From: a virus
Strand: one strand, 5' to 3'
IMG/VR virus record: IMGVR_UViG_3300035436_000036
DNA: 64,000 nt
Under the pieces are notes generated by a model. It did no database searches, had not been told where the DNA came from, and worked only from the letters and a program-made list of their open reading frames with translations. Made by a program: the position numbers and the translations under genes. How positions within the stretch are numbered: position 1 is the stretch's first letter; the number at the start of each line of letters is the position of its first letter. Below are positions 19,428-28,687 of this stretch, in pieces.

Positions 19428-20387
19428 ATGAGAAAGCAAGGTAAAACAATCGGCTATAATGACTACTCGAGTAAGATGCCCGATCTTACGTTTGAGTATG
19501 ATGAGGACTTCTATACAGACGACCTACCTGATCCTCAGGTAGAGCCTGTTCTGGTTGGGTCACGTGTTCCAATCCGTAAGGTTGGTATCGCTCCTGTGGA
19601 TCTTCCGATTGTTGTCCAGCGTAGAGATGGTGGGACTCAGGTTCTCCAATCGGAAGCCTCTCTCTACTGTTCGCTCGATGATGTCAATGCAAAGGGTCTG
19701 AATCTCTCTCGTCTGTATCTTCTGATGCATGATAAGATTGAAAACCACCTGACCATTGATGGCATTAGTGGTGCTCTTAAGGAGCTAGCGGAGAAGCAGG
19801 GTTCGAAGAACGCATACTGCAAGCTGCGCTTTAAGTATCCTTGGCACCAGGACGCCTTGCGTTCTCGTCACGATCATACTCATGAGAAGCTTCGTGGACA
19901 CATTGCATACAAGACCGAGATCGAAGGTCAGTATCGTGATGGTGAAACTAAGTTCTTCCTTACGGTCGACTATGTGTATTCGTCAACATGCCCTTGCTCA
20001 TTCGAGCTAGCGCATGATGCTACAGAGAAGCGTAAGGCAGCTGCCAATGCTCACTCGCAGCGTTCGATCATGAAGGTCAAGGTTGAGTTCAAGCCAGAAG
20101 ACATCATCTGGATCGAAGACCTTGTAGAGCTCTGCCGCAAGCAGGTTCCTACCGAAGTTCAGATCGTTGTTAAGCGCCGTGACGAGCAAGCGTTTGCAGA
20201 GCTCAATGGTTCGAATCTCTTCTTCTCGGAAGATGTGTGTCGTCTGATGTACGAAGGTCTGGATGAGTGGTTTGCTGCTGGTCGTATCCAAGACTTCTCG
20301 ATTGCAGTGTCACATGAAGAGTCACTACATCCTTGGAATGCGATTGCTATCACCTCTAAGTTTGACGATCGCGCTCTTCTTTCTTAA
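19428..20387 (+). CDS. folE2: GTP cyclohydrolase FolE2/MptA-like (T-fold)
   Basis: N-terminal LPDPQ...IRKVGIAPVDLPIVV region and STCPCS metal-site-like motif recalled from the FolE2 family; placement with queD/queE. Confidence 0.5.
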   Translation: MRKQGKTIGYNDYSSKMPDLTFEYDEDFYTDDLPDPQVEPVLVGSRVPIRKVGIAPVDLPIVVQRRDGGTQVLQSEASLYCSLDDVNAKGLNLSRLYLLMHDKIENHLTIDGISGALKELAEKQGSKNAYCKLRFKYPWHQDALRSRHDHTHEKLRGHIAYKTEIEGQYRDGETKFFLTVDYVYSSTCPCSFELAHDATEKRKAAANAHSQRSIMKVKVEFKPEDIIWIEDLVELCRKQVPTEVQIVVKRRDEQAFAELNGSNLFFSEDVCRLMYEGLDEWFAAGRIQDFSIAVSHEESLHPWNAIAITSKFDDRALLS

Positions 20388-20395
20388 AATAAATG

Positions 20396-20430
20396 TTGCC
20401 TTTCATTCAGTTTTGTGGGATAGTGGTTCT
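20396..20430 (+). promoter_or_regulatory. Weak early-promoter-like element (TTGCCT ... GATAGT)
   Basis: AAATGTTGCCTTTCATTCAGTTTTGTGGGATAGTGG upstream of 20457 gene. Confidence 0.25.
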
Positions 20431-20456
20431 ACAGACTGAGTGGAAGGCTTTTTGTT

Positions 20457-20972
20457 ATGATCATTACAGAAGAGTTCAAGTTTAACTTTGAAATATCTTA
20501 CCTTGTATACTCAAGGGTATATGATGCGTGGGGTAGTTTATCAGACAGTGCGCGTAGTCGCTCACGTCGTCAAATTGAGGCCTCTGTCCGCGAAGGTGGT
20601 TTCAATGGTAACTCAACAGGTCTTATCAGCGAGAAGGCTTTCGAGACCATCCTTAAACAAAAGAAGGGTCTTCCGATCAGTAAGGACGAACGTCTTGCGT
20701 TGGAGCATCCGATTACTCACAAGAACATCGCGATGCATTGCGTTAACTCGCCAGTCAAACTATCATTTGAAGAGTTCTTCAATGTGTGGTTTGAGAACCT
20801 CGTTACCACATACACCACCAACGAAGAGAACCAAGGTCTTCGTAAATTCCAAAGCAACTACATATTCGGCGTTGACTGTTGGAAGAAAATGTACGAAGAT
20901 GCGGGCATCGTTCTAATGGAACGACCTAAACTGAACACCAAAGCTGCTAAACAGAAGTATGGGATTATCTAA
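20457..20972 (+). CDS. Hypothetical protein (171 aa)
   Basis: ORF; no motif. Confidence 0.5.
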   Translation: MIITEEFKFNFEISYLVYSRVYDAWGSLSDSARSRSRRQIEASVREGGFNGNSTGLISEKAFETILKQKKGLPISKDERLALEHPITHKNIAMHCVNSPVKLSFEEFFNVWFENLVTTYTTNEENQGLRKFQSNYIFGVDCWKKMYEDAGIVLMERPKLNTKAAKQKYGII

Positions 20973-21307
20973 TGGCATATGATAATGAAGTGAGAGAACG
21001 TGGTGTGTACGTTGTTCGTGACAATGTCTTTGTCATGTATATTGGATCATCGAAGTGCATGCTCTCGACCCTTGAGTACAATCACCGTAACTGGAAAGAG
21101 AAGTATGGCCTCGAGGGTCGTACTAACTTTCGTGAAGCGTTGATTGCTGATGGTCGTAAGTGGGAGTTTGAGTGGCTCGTTGAGCCTTTCATGTGCAACG
21201 CAGAAACGATTGAACATATAGAGGGCTGTCTAATTAGACAGTTGACTCCAGAACTGAATCTTGATAAGGATCCAGTAGCAAGCTCAAAAAGAAATGGGAG
21301 ATATTAA
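20972..21307 (+). CDS. GIY-YIG nuclease domain protein (111 aa, domain only)
   Basis: GVYVVRDNVFVMYIGSSKCM...R...EH...N pattern of GIY-YIG catalytic domain; TAATG overlap. Confidence 0.55.
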   Translation: MAYDNEVRERGVYVVRDNVFVMYIGSSKCMLSTLEYNHRNWKEKYGLEGRTNFREALIADGRKWEFEWLVEPFMCNAETIEHIEGCLIRQLTPELNLDKDPVASSKRNGRY

Positions 21308-21654
21308 TGAAGTACATTTGGGTTACCTTCCAGAAGGAAGGCATTCACCGTTATCCTGAGGCTCTGACTAATCCAGAGCTAGAGGATGTCAAGTTCCTTG
21401 GATATGATCATCGTCATATCTTCCACTTCCGTGTAGACCTGGAAGTCCGTCATGACAATCGTGACGTTGAGTTCATCCAGATGAAGCGCTGGCTCGAGTC
21501 GTTGTATCAGACTGAAACTCTCAAGCTAGATTATCGCTCATGTGAGATGATGTCAGACGATCTTAGCGTTTTGATTAAAGATAAATATCCTGGACGTAAA
21601 TTCAAGATCTCGGTCTCAGAAGATAATGAGAACGGAAGCTATGCAGAATACTAA
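21307..21654 (+). CDS. Hypothetical protein (115 aa)
   Basis: ORF; GYDHRHIFHFRV region, no firm family. Confidence 0.45.
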   Translation: MKYIWVTFQKEGIHRYPEALTNPELEDVKFLGYDHRHIFHFRVDLEVRHDNRDVEFIQMKRWLESLYQTETLKLDYRSCEMMSDDLSVLIKDKYPGRKFKISVSEDNENGSYAEY

Positions 21655-21667
21655 CGGGGATACAAAG

Positions 21668-21889
21668 ATGAAAACTTTCAGCGCATTCATGGCAGAATCA
21701 CAAGAGATTAACGAAGCCCATGATGTTGAACTTAAGCCACATGAGAACGGTACACACTACATCGTTCATAAGGTCCACCCTAGCTCTGGCATCGAATCTG
21801 ACCAGCTAAAGAAGGGTGAGATGATCTCGGATTCCCATGTTGACGATTTACACGACATGGGCTATAGTGTAAAGATCCACAAGAAGTAA
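21668..21889 (+). CDS. Hypothetical protein (73 aa)
   Basis: Start reassigned to ATG with RBS GGGGATACAAAG. Confidence 0.4.
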   Translation: MKTFSAFMAESQEINEAHDVELKPHENGTHYIVHKVHPSSGIESDQLKKGEMISDSHVDDLHDMGYSVKIHKK

Positions 21890-21921
21890 TTCACTTCTAC
21901 AATTTGTAATGAGGTTATATT

Positions 21922-22779
21922 ATGGTTGACTTTTGTCATATCGCACCCACGCGACATCTTTCTACGTTTGTAAACAATCAAACACATCACCTACTCCTTG
22001 CCCATCTCGTCGAAGAGGACAAGGAGTATACTAGGTTTTATCAGAGCGGTCGCAACCTAGCTGATACCTACATTCTCGATAACTCTGCCTTTGAGATGTA
22101 CAAGCAGGGTCGGGAGATGTATCCATCCGATAAGCTGATCGAGATGGGTAAGATGGTTGGCGCTGACTACATCGTGATGTCGGACTACCCTAACGAACCA
22201 GGCTCAAAGACCATCAAGGCTGCAGAGCAGCTTGCCCCTTTGTTCCGTAAAGCAGGCTTCGGAACGTTCTTCGTGCCTCAATCAGAGATTGGGGACATCG
22301 AAGACTACATCGCAACCTTTGCGTGGGCTGCTACTTCCCCTCTCGTCGACTACATTGGTGTATCGATCCTCGGTGTTCCCAATGCATATGGTGTAGAGAA
22401 GGACAACAAGCTGCAGCGCTTCATGAGTCGCTTTACGATGATGCACGAGCTCGAGCGCCGTGGGATCCTTCGTCTTGCTCGTCTGAACGGTAAGAAGATC
22501 CACTTCCTCGGAATGGTAGATGGGCCTAACGAGATTCGGCTCTGCGGTCGTTTTGATATCGATACGTGGGACTCTTCTGCAGCTATCTGGGCTGGTCTCA
22601 ACGACATCGCCTTCGACACCTCACCTACGGGATTGGTTGACGGTAAGTTCGAGAAAGAAGTTGACTTTAACTTCAATACGTTAGATAAGGTAAAGATCGA
22701 CTTGGCTAAGTCGAACATGAAGTACATTAATGATCTATGTGAGGAATATAGCAATGACAAGCCCGAAGCAGCCTGGTAA
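21922..22779 (+). CDS. Candidate DpdA-like DNA-guanine transglycosylase (TGT fold)
   Basis: ILDNSAFE (cf. TGT LTDSGGFQ) and IHFLGMVDGPNE (cf. TGT YLMGVGKPDD) at appropriate spacing; located in deazaguanine gene cluster; tentative. Confidence 0.35.
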   Translation: MVDFCHIAPTRHLSTFVNNQTHHLLLAHLVEEDKEYTRFYQSGRNLADTYILDNSAFEMYKQGREMYPSDKLIEMGKMVGADYIVMSDYPNEPGSKTIKAAEQLAPLFRKAGFGTFFVPQSEIGDIEDYIATFAWAATSPLVDYIGVSILGVPNAYGVEKDNKLQRFMSRFTMMHELERRGILRLARLNGKKIHFLGMVDGPNEIRLCGRFDIDTWDSSAAIWAGLNDIAFDTSPTGLVDGKFEKEVDFNFNTLDKVKIDLAKSNMKYINDLCEEYSNDKPEAAW

Positions 22780-23050
22780 CTCAATCGCTTATAAATACAA
22801 TGAAGGCGATATCCTGCAAGAGGTGCAGGCCTATATCGATTCAACCTACGGACAGCACTATGTTGGTAACGGCGAAATACAGACCGTAGACTTCTGGGAG
22901 TCACTTGGCTCCCTCGACACCACCGCCCGTGATACTGCAATCAAGTATCTGGCCCGCTTCGGAAAGAAGGGTGGTAGCAACCGCAAAGACCTTTTGAAAT
23001 CTATTCATTACATCGTGCTTATGATGTATGCAACGCGTGAGGATACATAA
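22754..23050 (+). CDS. DUF3310-like phage protein
   Basis: YGQHYVGNG ... AIKYLARFGKKGG ... DLLKSIHYIVLMM pattern. Confidence 0.4.
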   Translation: MTSPKQPGNSIAYKYNEGDILQEVQAYIDSTYGQHYVGNGEIQTVDFWESLGSLDTTARDTAIKYLARFGKKGGSNRKDLLKSIHYIVLMMYATREDT

Positions 23051-23646
23051 TGAAACATATCTCAGGGCCTAACTCTAGGTCATCTCTAACCAATGTACAA
23101 GATCAGGACGTTCAACCTAATGCCGTAGACCTTCGTCTCGGTAAGGTGTTCTTTATCCGTCCTGCAGCTTTCGTCATCGATGAAGAACAAAAGAAACATC
23201 GCGGCTCTGTTGAACTCACTCCTGATCCTGATGGCTACTATACGCTCAAAGAAGGTCATTATGAAGTTGTCATGGAGAACGTCATCGAAGTTGGAGAAGG
23301 CGAGGCTGGTTGGGTCATTACTCGCTCCACCCTTAACCGTAATGGCGTGTTTCTCACCTCTGGCCTTTATGATAGTGGTTATCATGGTGTTATGGCTGGG
23401 GTGATGCATGTCACTTGTGGTCCTATGAAGATCAAGCCAGGCACTCGCATCGGTCAGTATCTGTCGTTCGATTCTGAGGCTCTGTCGAAGTATGATGGCT
23501 CTTATGGCATCGGTAAAGAGCACGACAAGAAGTACGAAGACACTCAACAAGCTATCGAGGATATCCTCGAAGAGTTGAAGAATCCAGTTATCGAAATCGA
23601 AGAACCAAAACGCGGCCGAGGCCGCCCTAGAAAGGTAAGTGAATAA
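23050..23646 (+). CDS. dCTP deaminase / dUTPase-superfamily protein
   Basis: NAVDLRLG, GLYDSGYHG, TRIGQYLSF motifs of Dcd-type trimeric dUTPase fold. Confidence 0.6.
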   Translation: MKHISGPNSRSSLTNVQDQDVQPNAVDLRLGKVFFIRPAAFVIDEEQKKHRGSVELTPDPDGYYTLKEGHYEVVMENVIEVGEGEAGWVITRSTLNRNGVFLTSGLYDSGYHGVMAGVMHVTCGPMKIKPGTRIGQYLSFDSEALSKYDGSYGIGKEHDKKYEDTQQAIEDILEELKNPVIEIEEPKRGRGRPRKVSE

Positions 23647-24626
23647 TGGGTATGGAAATTAAGGTCCCAGTTGAAGAGTTGCGCAAGCGCAAGCTGTTTG
23701 TGGCTGCTCCAATGTATGGCGGTCAGTGTGCCGGTATGTTTACACGATCGATCGCAGACCTCTCTGCTCTGTGTACTCACTATGGCATTCAGGTAAGGTT
23801 CTACTTCCTGTTCAACGAGTCTCTGATCACTCGTGCTCGTAACTACTGCGCAGATGAGTTTATGCGTTCAGATGATACGCATCTGATGTTCATTGACTCT
23901 GACATCGGGTTCAACCCACATGACGTCATCGCTCTCCTTGCTCTGCAGGATCCAGATCATACCAAGGACGGCTACGACATCCTTGCTGGTCCATATCCTA
24001 AGAAGTGCATCTCATGGGAGAAGATTGCTCAGGCTGTTAACAAGGGCTTCGCTGACGAAGATCCTAACAACCTCGAGAACTTTGTGGGTGACTATGTGTT
24101 CAACCCTGCAGACGGTTCGGGTCAGATCCCTCTTGGCGAGCCTGTAGAGGTTCTCGAAGCTGGTACTGGCTTCATGATGATTCGTCGTAATACGTTCGAG
24201 AAGTTCCAAGAAGCATATCCACATCTCTTGTATAAGCCAGATCACGTTCGCACCGAACACTTCGATGGCACACGTGAGATCATGGCTTTCTTCGATGCTC
24301 TTATCGACGACAAGACTCAGAATCTGATTCCGGAAGTATCGGCCTTCTTTGATAAGAACCCGAACCCTACCAAGGAACAGATGGTCGAGTTCCTCCAAGA
24401 TAAGCGCAGCGGTCTTACCAAGGACCAATACTCAAATCGCTATCTGTCAGAAGACTACATGTTCTGTCAGTGGGTTCGTAATGCTGGACTCAAGGTATGG
24501 CTCTGCCCATGGATGAAGTTGCAGCACGTTGGTTCGTATGTGTTTGGTGGATCGCTTGTCGACCTTGCACAGATCGGGGCATCAGCAACCGCTGATGTTG
24601 ACAAACTGAAAAAGAAAAAGAAGTAA
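23646..24626 (+). CDS. GT-A fold (family 2-like) glycosyltransferase
   Basis: KLFVAAPMYGG ... ARNYCADEF ... FIDSDIGF (DxD) arrangement typical of GT-A nucleotide-sugar transferases. Confidence 0.4.
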   Translation: MGMEIKVPVEELRKRKLFVAAPMYGGQCAGMFTRSIADLSALCTHYGIQVRFYFLFNESLITRARNYCADEFMRSDDTHLMFIDSDIGFNPHDVIALLALQDPDHTKDGYDILAGPYPKKCISWEKIAQAVNKGFADEDPNNLENFVGDYVFNPADGSGQIPLGEPVEVLEAGTGFMMIRRNTFEKFQEAYPHLLYKPDHVRTEHFDGTREIMAFFDALIDDKTQNLIPEVSAFFDKNPNPTKEQMVEFLQDKRSGLTKDQYSNRYLSEDYMFCQWVRNAGLKVWLCPWMKLQHVGSYVFGGSLVDLAQIGASATADVDKLKKKKK

Positions 24627-24638
24627 GGATAATTATAT

Positions 24639-25292
24639 ATGATGCTTGACGTGAAAACTATCCAGACGCTTAAGGCGTTTTCGATGATCAACCCTTCGCT
24701 TCTGTTTAAGCCTGGCAATGTGATCAAGACGATCTCTCCTGCCAAGACTATTCTAGCCAAGGCTACTGTTCCGGCTACATTCGACAGAGAGTTTGCTATC
24801 TATGACCTCATGAGGTTCCTGGGTGCATACTCGATGTTCGATGAAGCCGAACTAGACTTCCATGAGCGATCTGTGAAGATCGGTTCTGGTAAGGAGAAGA
24901 TCAACTACCTGTATGCAGACCCTGCAGTCATCGTAGTTGCTCCTGATAAGGAGTTGGTCGTCGAGAACCCTGTAGTAGAGTTCGACCTGACCTCTGACTT
25001 GCTTCAACGTACTCTCAAAGCATTGAGTATGATTGGAGCTCCAGAGGTTGCAGTCACTGGAGAAGATGGTGTAGTCTATCTTGAAGCCATTGACTCAAAG
25101 AACAGCTCGTGCTCCACATACCGTGTGGAAGTCGGACAGACCGACAAAGCATTCCGCTTAATTATGACAGCCGACAAGTTAAAACTGTTGACTTGTGACT
25201 ATAAAGTGGCTATAACGGATAGGTTCGCTCACCTCAAGGGCCAGGACATTGAGTACTGGATTGTCCTTGAAGCGCATTCGACCGTTGGCTAA
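24639..25292 (+). CDS. gp45: Sliding clamp gp45
   Basis: Similarity to T4 gp45 (FAIYDLMRFLG vs VAIYDLNGFLG, ADPAVIVVAPDKELV vs ADPSTVVAPNKPIPF); order 45-44-62-regA as in T4. Confidence 0.8.
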   Translation: MMLDVKTIQTLKAFSMINPSLLFKPGNVIKTISPAKTILAKATVPATFDREFAIYDLMRFLGAYSMFDEAELDFHERSVKIGSGKEKINYLYADPAVIVVAPDKELVVENPVVEFDLTSDLLQRTLKALSMIGAPEVAVTGEDGVVYLEAIDSKNSSCSTYRVEVGQTDKAFRLIMTADKLKLLTCDYKVAITDRFAHLKGQDIEYWIVLEAHSTVG

Positions 25293-25311
25293 AACTCCAA
25301 TAACATAAATA

Positions 25312-25337
25312 GGCCTATACTTTTAAAACTATAGGCC
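25312..25337 (+). promoter_or_regulatory. Hairpin (GGCCTATA / TATAGGCC) sequestering the RBS of the downstream GIY-YIG gene, preceded by late-promoter-like CATAAATA (25303-25310)
   Basis: 8-bp inverted repeat ending 3 nt before ATG 25341. Confidence 0.5.
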
Positions 25338-25340
25338 AAT

Positions 25341-25880
25341 ATGATATACTTAATCACCAACAAAGTAAACGGTAAACGTTACATAGGTAAGACTTCTCAA
25401 ACTATCGAAAAGAGATGGTATCAGCACTGTAAGAACGCAGAGTATGGTCACAACACCTATCTATACCGAGCCATTAGAAAATATGGTAAGGATAGCTTCG
25501 ACGTTGCTAAGCTATGTGATGGATTGAATGAGGAAGAGATCTTAATGATTGAAACACATTCACCTGAATATAACATGACTTTGGGTGGCGATGGTGGCGA
25601 CACTTCTACAAGTCCTAACTACAAGTTGGCTTTGTTAAACAGAGATATGTCGGGAGAGAATAATCCCAACTATGGAAAGAAAGGTCCATCCAGCCCTAAC
25701 TATGGTAAACGGAGAACCGAAGACCAGAAGCAAAATCATCGCGATGGCTACAAGGGGAAGCGTGTACCGGTTAGAGTAGATGGTGTTGATTATGAATCTG
25801 TCTCAAGAGCAGCTAAACTCTTGGGACGCAGTGAAAGATATGTGAGGCTACATGACGAACTTAATGAGTGGAAATACTAA
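25341..25880 (+). mobile_element. Freestanding GIY-YIG homing endonuclease (I-TevI/Seg-like) inserted between gp45 and gp44
   Basis: MIYLITNKVNGKRYIGKT GIY-YIG motif, R and E residues, NUMOD-like GENNPNYGKKGPSSPNYGKR repeats. Confidence 0.8.
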
Positions 25881-26811
25881 CGAATTCTTATGGTGTGAGC
25901 GCTACAGACCGAAGACCATCAGTGACACTATCCTTCCTCAAGAACTGAAGGCTACGTTCCAACAGTTCGTTGATCAGAAGAACATTCCGAATCTCATCCT
26001 GGCAGGGAGTGCGGGCGTAGGTAAGACTACTGTCGCTCGTGCAATGCTCGAAGAGCTCGGCTGTGACTATCTCGTCATCAATGGATCCATGAACGGAAAC
26101 ATTGACACTCTACGTAACGAGATCCTTGAGTTTGCTTCTGCTATGTCACTTAGTGGTGGTCGCAAGTATGTTATCCTTGATGAGGCTGACTACTTGAACG
26201 CAAACTCAACACAGCCGGCTCTTCGTAACTTCATGGAAGAGTTCTCCAAGAACTGTGGGTTCATCCTTACCTGTAACTTTGTCAATCGTATCATCGAGCC
26301 TCTTCACTCTCGTTGTTCGGTTGTTGAGTTCAAGTTCTCGAAGAAGGAGCTGCCTGAGCTTGCCAAGCAGATGATGGTTCGTTCTACTACCATCCTCGAT
26401 ACCGAAGGTGTGCCTTATGATAAGGCTGCTGTGGCAGAATTGCTCAAGAAGCATCTGCCCGACTGGCGACGTCTCCTTAACGAGCTACAGCGCTACTCTG
26501 CTACTGGTAAGATCGACTCGGGTATCCTTGTCAATACGACTCAGGAGGCTATTAAGGCGCTTCTAGACGCTATGAAGGACAAGAACTTCAGTCAAGTACG
26601 TAAGTGGGTGGGAGAGCACTCAGACACCGAGACTACGATGCTATACCGTCAGTTCTATGACAATGCAGCATCATACTTCCAGCCTCAGTCTATCCCCCAA
26701 CTCGTTCTGACTCTTGCCAAGTACCAGCATCAGGCTGCGTTCGTGGCTGACCATGAGATCAACAATGCTGCGTGCATGCTCGAGATCATGATCGACTGTC
26801 AGTTCAAGTAA
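25852..26811 (+). CDS. gp44: Clamp loader large subunit gp44
   Basis: 319 aa = T4 gp44 length; Walker A GSAGVGKTT, DEAD-box VILDEAD, SRC motif PLHSRC. Confidence 0.9.
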   Translation: MTNLMSGNTNEFLWCERYRPKTISDTILPQELKATFQQFVDQKNIPNLILAGSAGVGKTTVARAMLEELGCDYLVINGSMNGNIDTLRNEILEFASAMSLSGGRKYVILDEADYLNANSTQPALRNFMEEFSKNCGFILTCNFVNRIIEPLHSRCSVVEFKFSKKELPELAKQMMVRSTTILDTEGVPYDKAAVAELLKKHLPDWRRLLNELQRYSATGKIDSGILVNTTQEAIKALLDAMKDKNFSQVRKWVGEHSDTETTMLYRQFYDNAASYFQPQSIPQLVLTLAKYQHQAAFVADHEINNAACMLEIMIDCQFK

Positions 26812-27185
26812 TGACTCCGTTCGACTTTATCAACTCAATCAACAACGGCAAAGACATCATGGTAGACGAGGCTACCGAGAATGCATATGTGCCGTTCGTT
26901 GTCAATAGAGGACTCTCGTACTTCGCCGATACTATCATGTATGCCAACGAGCTGAACAAGGTAGCTAATACTGACAAGAAGCTGCAATATCACTATCTCA
27001 TAAATACCATTATACCTCGAAAGAGGTTTAGTAAGTGGGCTAAAAAGCATGACGATAGTGACATTGAGCTTGTTATGAATAACTACAACTACAGTTACGA
27101 AAAGGCAGCACAGGTACTATCATTACTTACTAAACGTCAATTGGAAGAACTGAAAAATAAAAATAATAAAGGTGGAATACGATGA
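26811..27185 (+). CDS. gp62: Clamp loader small subunit gp62
   Basis: YHYLINTIIPRKRFSKWAKK vs T4 gp62 FNYLMAAVPRGKRYGKWAKL. Confidence 0.75.
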   Translation: MTPFDFINSINNGKDIMVDEATENAYVPFVVNRGLSYFADTIMYANELNKVANTDKKLQYHYLINTIIPRKRFSKWAKKHDDSDIELVMNNYNYSYEKAAQVLSLLTKRQLEELKNKNNKGGIR

Positions 27186-27580
27186 GTTTAGTAGATAGTT
27201 TAGTTGAGGTTCGCCTAGGCGAACAGGATGACTTCCTGAAAGTGAAAGAGACGCTGACTAGAATCGGTGTTGCATCACGCAAAGAGCAAGCTCTCTATCA
27301 ATCGTGCCACATTCTTCACAAGCAAGGTAAGTACTACATCGTACACTTTAAAGAGCTGTTCATGCTCGATGGCAAGCCTGCCAACTTCTCAGATGACGAC
27401 AAAGGTAGACGCAATACAATCGCTGCACTCCTAGAAGAGTGGGGACTGATTAAGGTTGTCGACTCCGAGCGTGTCAATGAGATCAAACTTCCTCTGAACC
27501 AGATCAAGATCCTCCCCTTCAAAGAGAAGAACGAGTGGCGTCTTGTAACAAAGTACAACATAGGCAGGAAGCCTCAATAA
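27182..27580 (+). CDS. regA: Translational repressor RegA
   Basis: DDFLKVKETLTRIGVAS...ALYQSCHILHKQGKYYIVHFKELF nearly identical pattern to T4 RegA. Confidence 0.9.
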   Translation: MSLVDSLVEVRLGEQDDFLKVKETLTRIGVASRKEQALYQSCHILHKQGKYYIVHFKELFMLDGKPANFSDDDKGRRNTIAALLEEWGLIKVVDSERVNEIKLPLNQIKILPFKEKNEWRLVTKYNIGRKPQ

Positions 27581-27584
27581 CTGT

Positions 27585-27612
27585 TGACTTTATTCCAATA
27601 ACAGTCTATATC
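27585..27612 (+). promoter_or_regulatory. Early promoter (TTGACT N16 TATATC)
   Basis: Member of repeated promoter family. Confidence 0.5.
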
Positions 27613-27618
27613 TAAGAT

Positions 27619-27843
27619 ATGTTGGAATGGATAAGAATCAGAGATGAAGTCACCTGCGAGGTGTATTACGATCTGTATGATCATGTTGTACAGAATACCG
27701 TAGTCACCATTCGCGAGGTATCAAAGCGGTATCAAGTCAGGATACTTGATCACGTACCATTCCATACAAAGACAGTAAGAGTTGCTAAAGAGGCAGGTCA
27801 GCACATTTATGAGCAGACCTGCGTCAAGCAATTGGCGTGTTGA
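27619..27843 (+). CDS. Hypothetical protein (74 aa)
   Basis: ORF after early promoter. Confidence 0.45.
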   Translation: MLEWIRIRDEVTCEVYYDLYDHVVQNTVVTIREVSKRYQVRILDHVPFHTKTVRVAKEAGQHIYEQTCVKQLAC

Positions 27844-27939
27844 TGCTACCTGCCAGTACTCAACATGGGTTAGATCATTTGATCGGTGATAGAGCGGGTG
27901 GGGGCTGCTATCACGCATAAAAGAGATATATAGTTAAAT

Positions 27940-28016
27940 GCGCCGTTAGCTCATCTGGATAGAGCGCGAAACTTCTAATTTTGAGGCAGCAGGTTCGAGT
28001 CCTGCACGGCGCACCA
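27940..28016 (+). tRNA. tRNA-Arg (anticodon TCT)
   Basis: Cloverleaf folded by eye; T-loop TTCGAGT, CCA encoded. Confidence 0.7.
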
Positions 28017-28021
28017 TATAC

Positions 28022-28096
28022 ACTCCCGTAGCTCAACGGTAGAGCTGACCGCTCATAACGGTTAGGTTAGGGGTTCGAATCCCTTCGGGAGTACCA
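28022..28096 (+). tRNA. tRNA-Met/Ile2 (anticodon CAT)
   Basis: Cloverleaf, T-loop TTCGAAT, CCA encoded. Confidence 0.7.
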
Positions 28097-28097
28097 T

Positions 28098-28175
28098 GTC
28101 ACGGTGGCAGAGTGGTCCAATGCACAGGTCTGCAAAACCTGAAAGCCGCGGGTTCGAATCCCGCCCGTGACTCCA
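28098..28175 (+). tRNA. tRNA-Cys (anticodon GCA)
   Basis: Cloverleaf, T-loop TTCGAAT, CCA encoded. Confidence 0.6.
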
Positions 28176-28181
28176 TATTGA

Positions 28182-28628
28182 GTGAGTACAATGATTGAAG
28201 AAGCGAAGCAAGCGATTATAGCATCAAGTCAGCAGTCCTCTGTCTACATTGGCTGTGACTCGATTCGTTTCAGAAAGAACAAGCAGTGGTACGCCAAGTA
28301 CTCTACTGTCGTAATCGTTCACATGGATACCAATAAGGGTGGAAGAATATTCCACTCTTCTGTAGACATGCCTGACTATGGTAACTTGAAGCAACGCCTG
28401 CTGATGGAAGTACAGCTTGCTGTTACAACTGCAACAGAGATTGTAGATGTAATCGGTGACCGTCACTTCGAGATCCATTTGGACATCAATCCGAATCCAA
28501 ACCATAAGTCTTCGGTTGCGGTCAAAGAAGCTCTTGGCTGGGTCAAGGGTTCACTCGGTATGGATGCTAAGATCAAGCCTCACAGCTTTGCCGCTACTCA
28601 TGCTGCGGATCACGTAGTCCGACATTAA
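28182..28628 (+). CDS. Hypothetical protein (148 aa) immediately after tRNA cluster
   Basis: ORF; no motif recognised. Confidence 0.5.
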   Translation: MSTMIEEAKQAIIASSQQSSVYIGCDSIRFRKNKQWYAKYSTVVIVHMDTNKGGRIFHSSVDMPDYGNLKQRLLMEVQLAVTTATEIVDVIGDRHFEIHLDINPNPNHKSSVAVKEALGWVKGSLGMDAKIKPHSFAATHAADHVVRH

Positions 28629-28629
28629 C

Positions 28630-28670
28630 TGTTGACCTTTTCGTGAAAATGTCCGATAAGGTATTATATA
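28630..28670 (+). promoter_or_regulatory. Early promoter cassette copy (GTTGACCTTTTCGTGAAAATGTCCGATAAGGTATTATATAAT)
   Basis: Repeat family member. Confidence 0.6.
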
Positions 28671-28687
28671 ATGAAAAGGCTTGAAAC

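Noticed and set aside
20488-20916. Alternative-frame 142-aa ORF inside gene 20457-20972
   Set aside because: Arg/Ser/Thr-rich low-complexity translation fully nested in a better ORF; spurious
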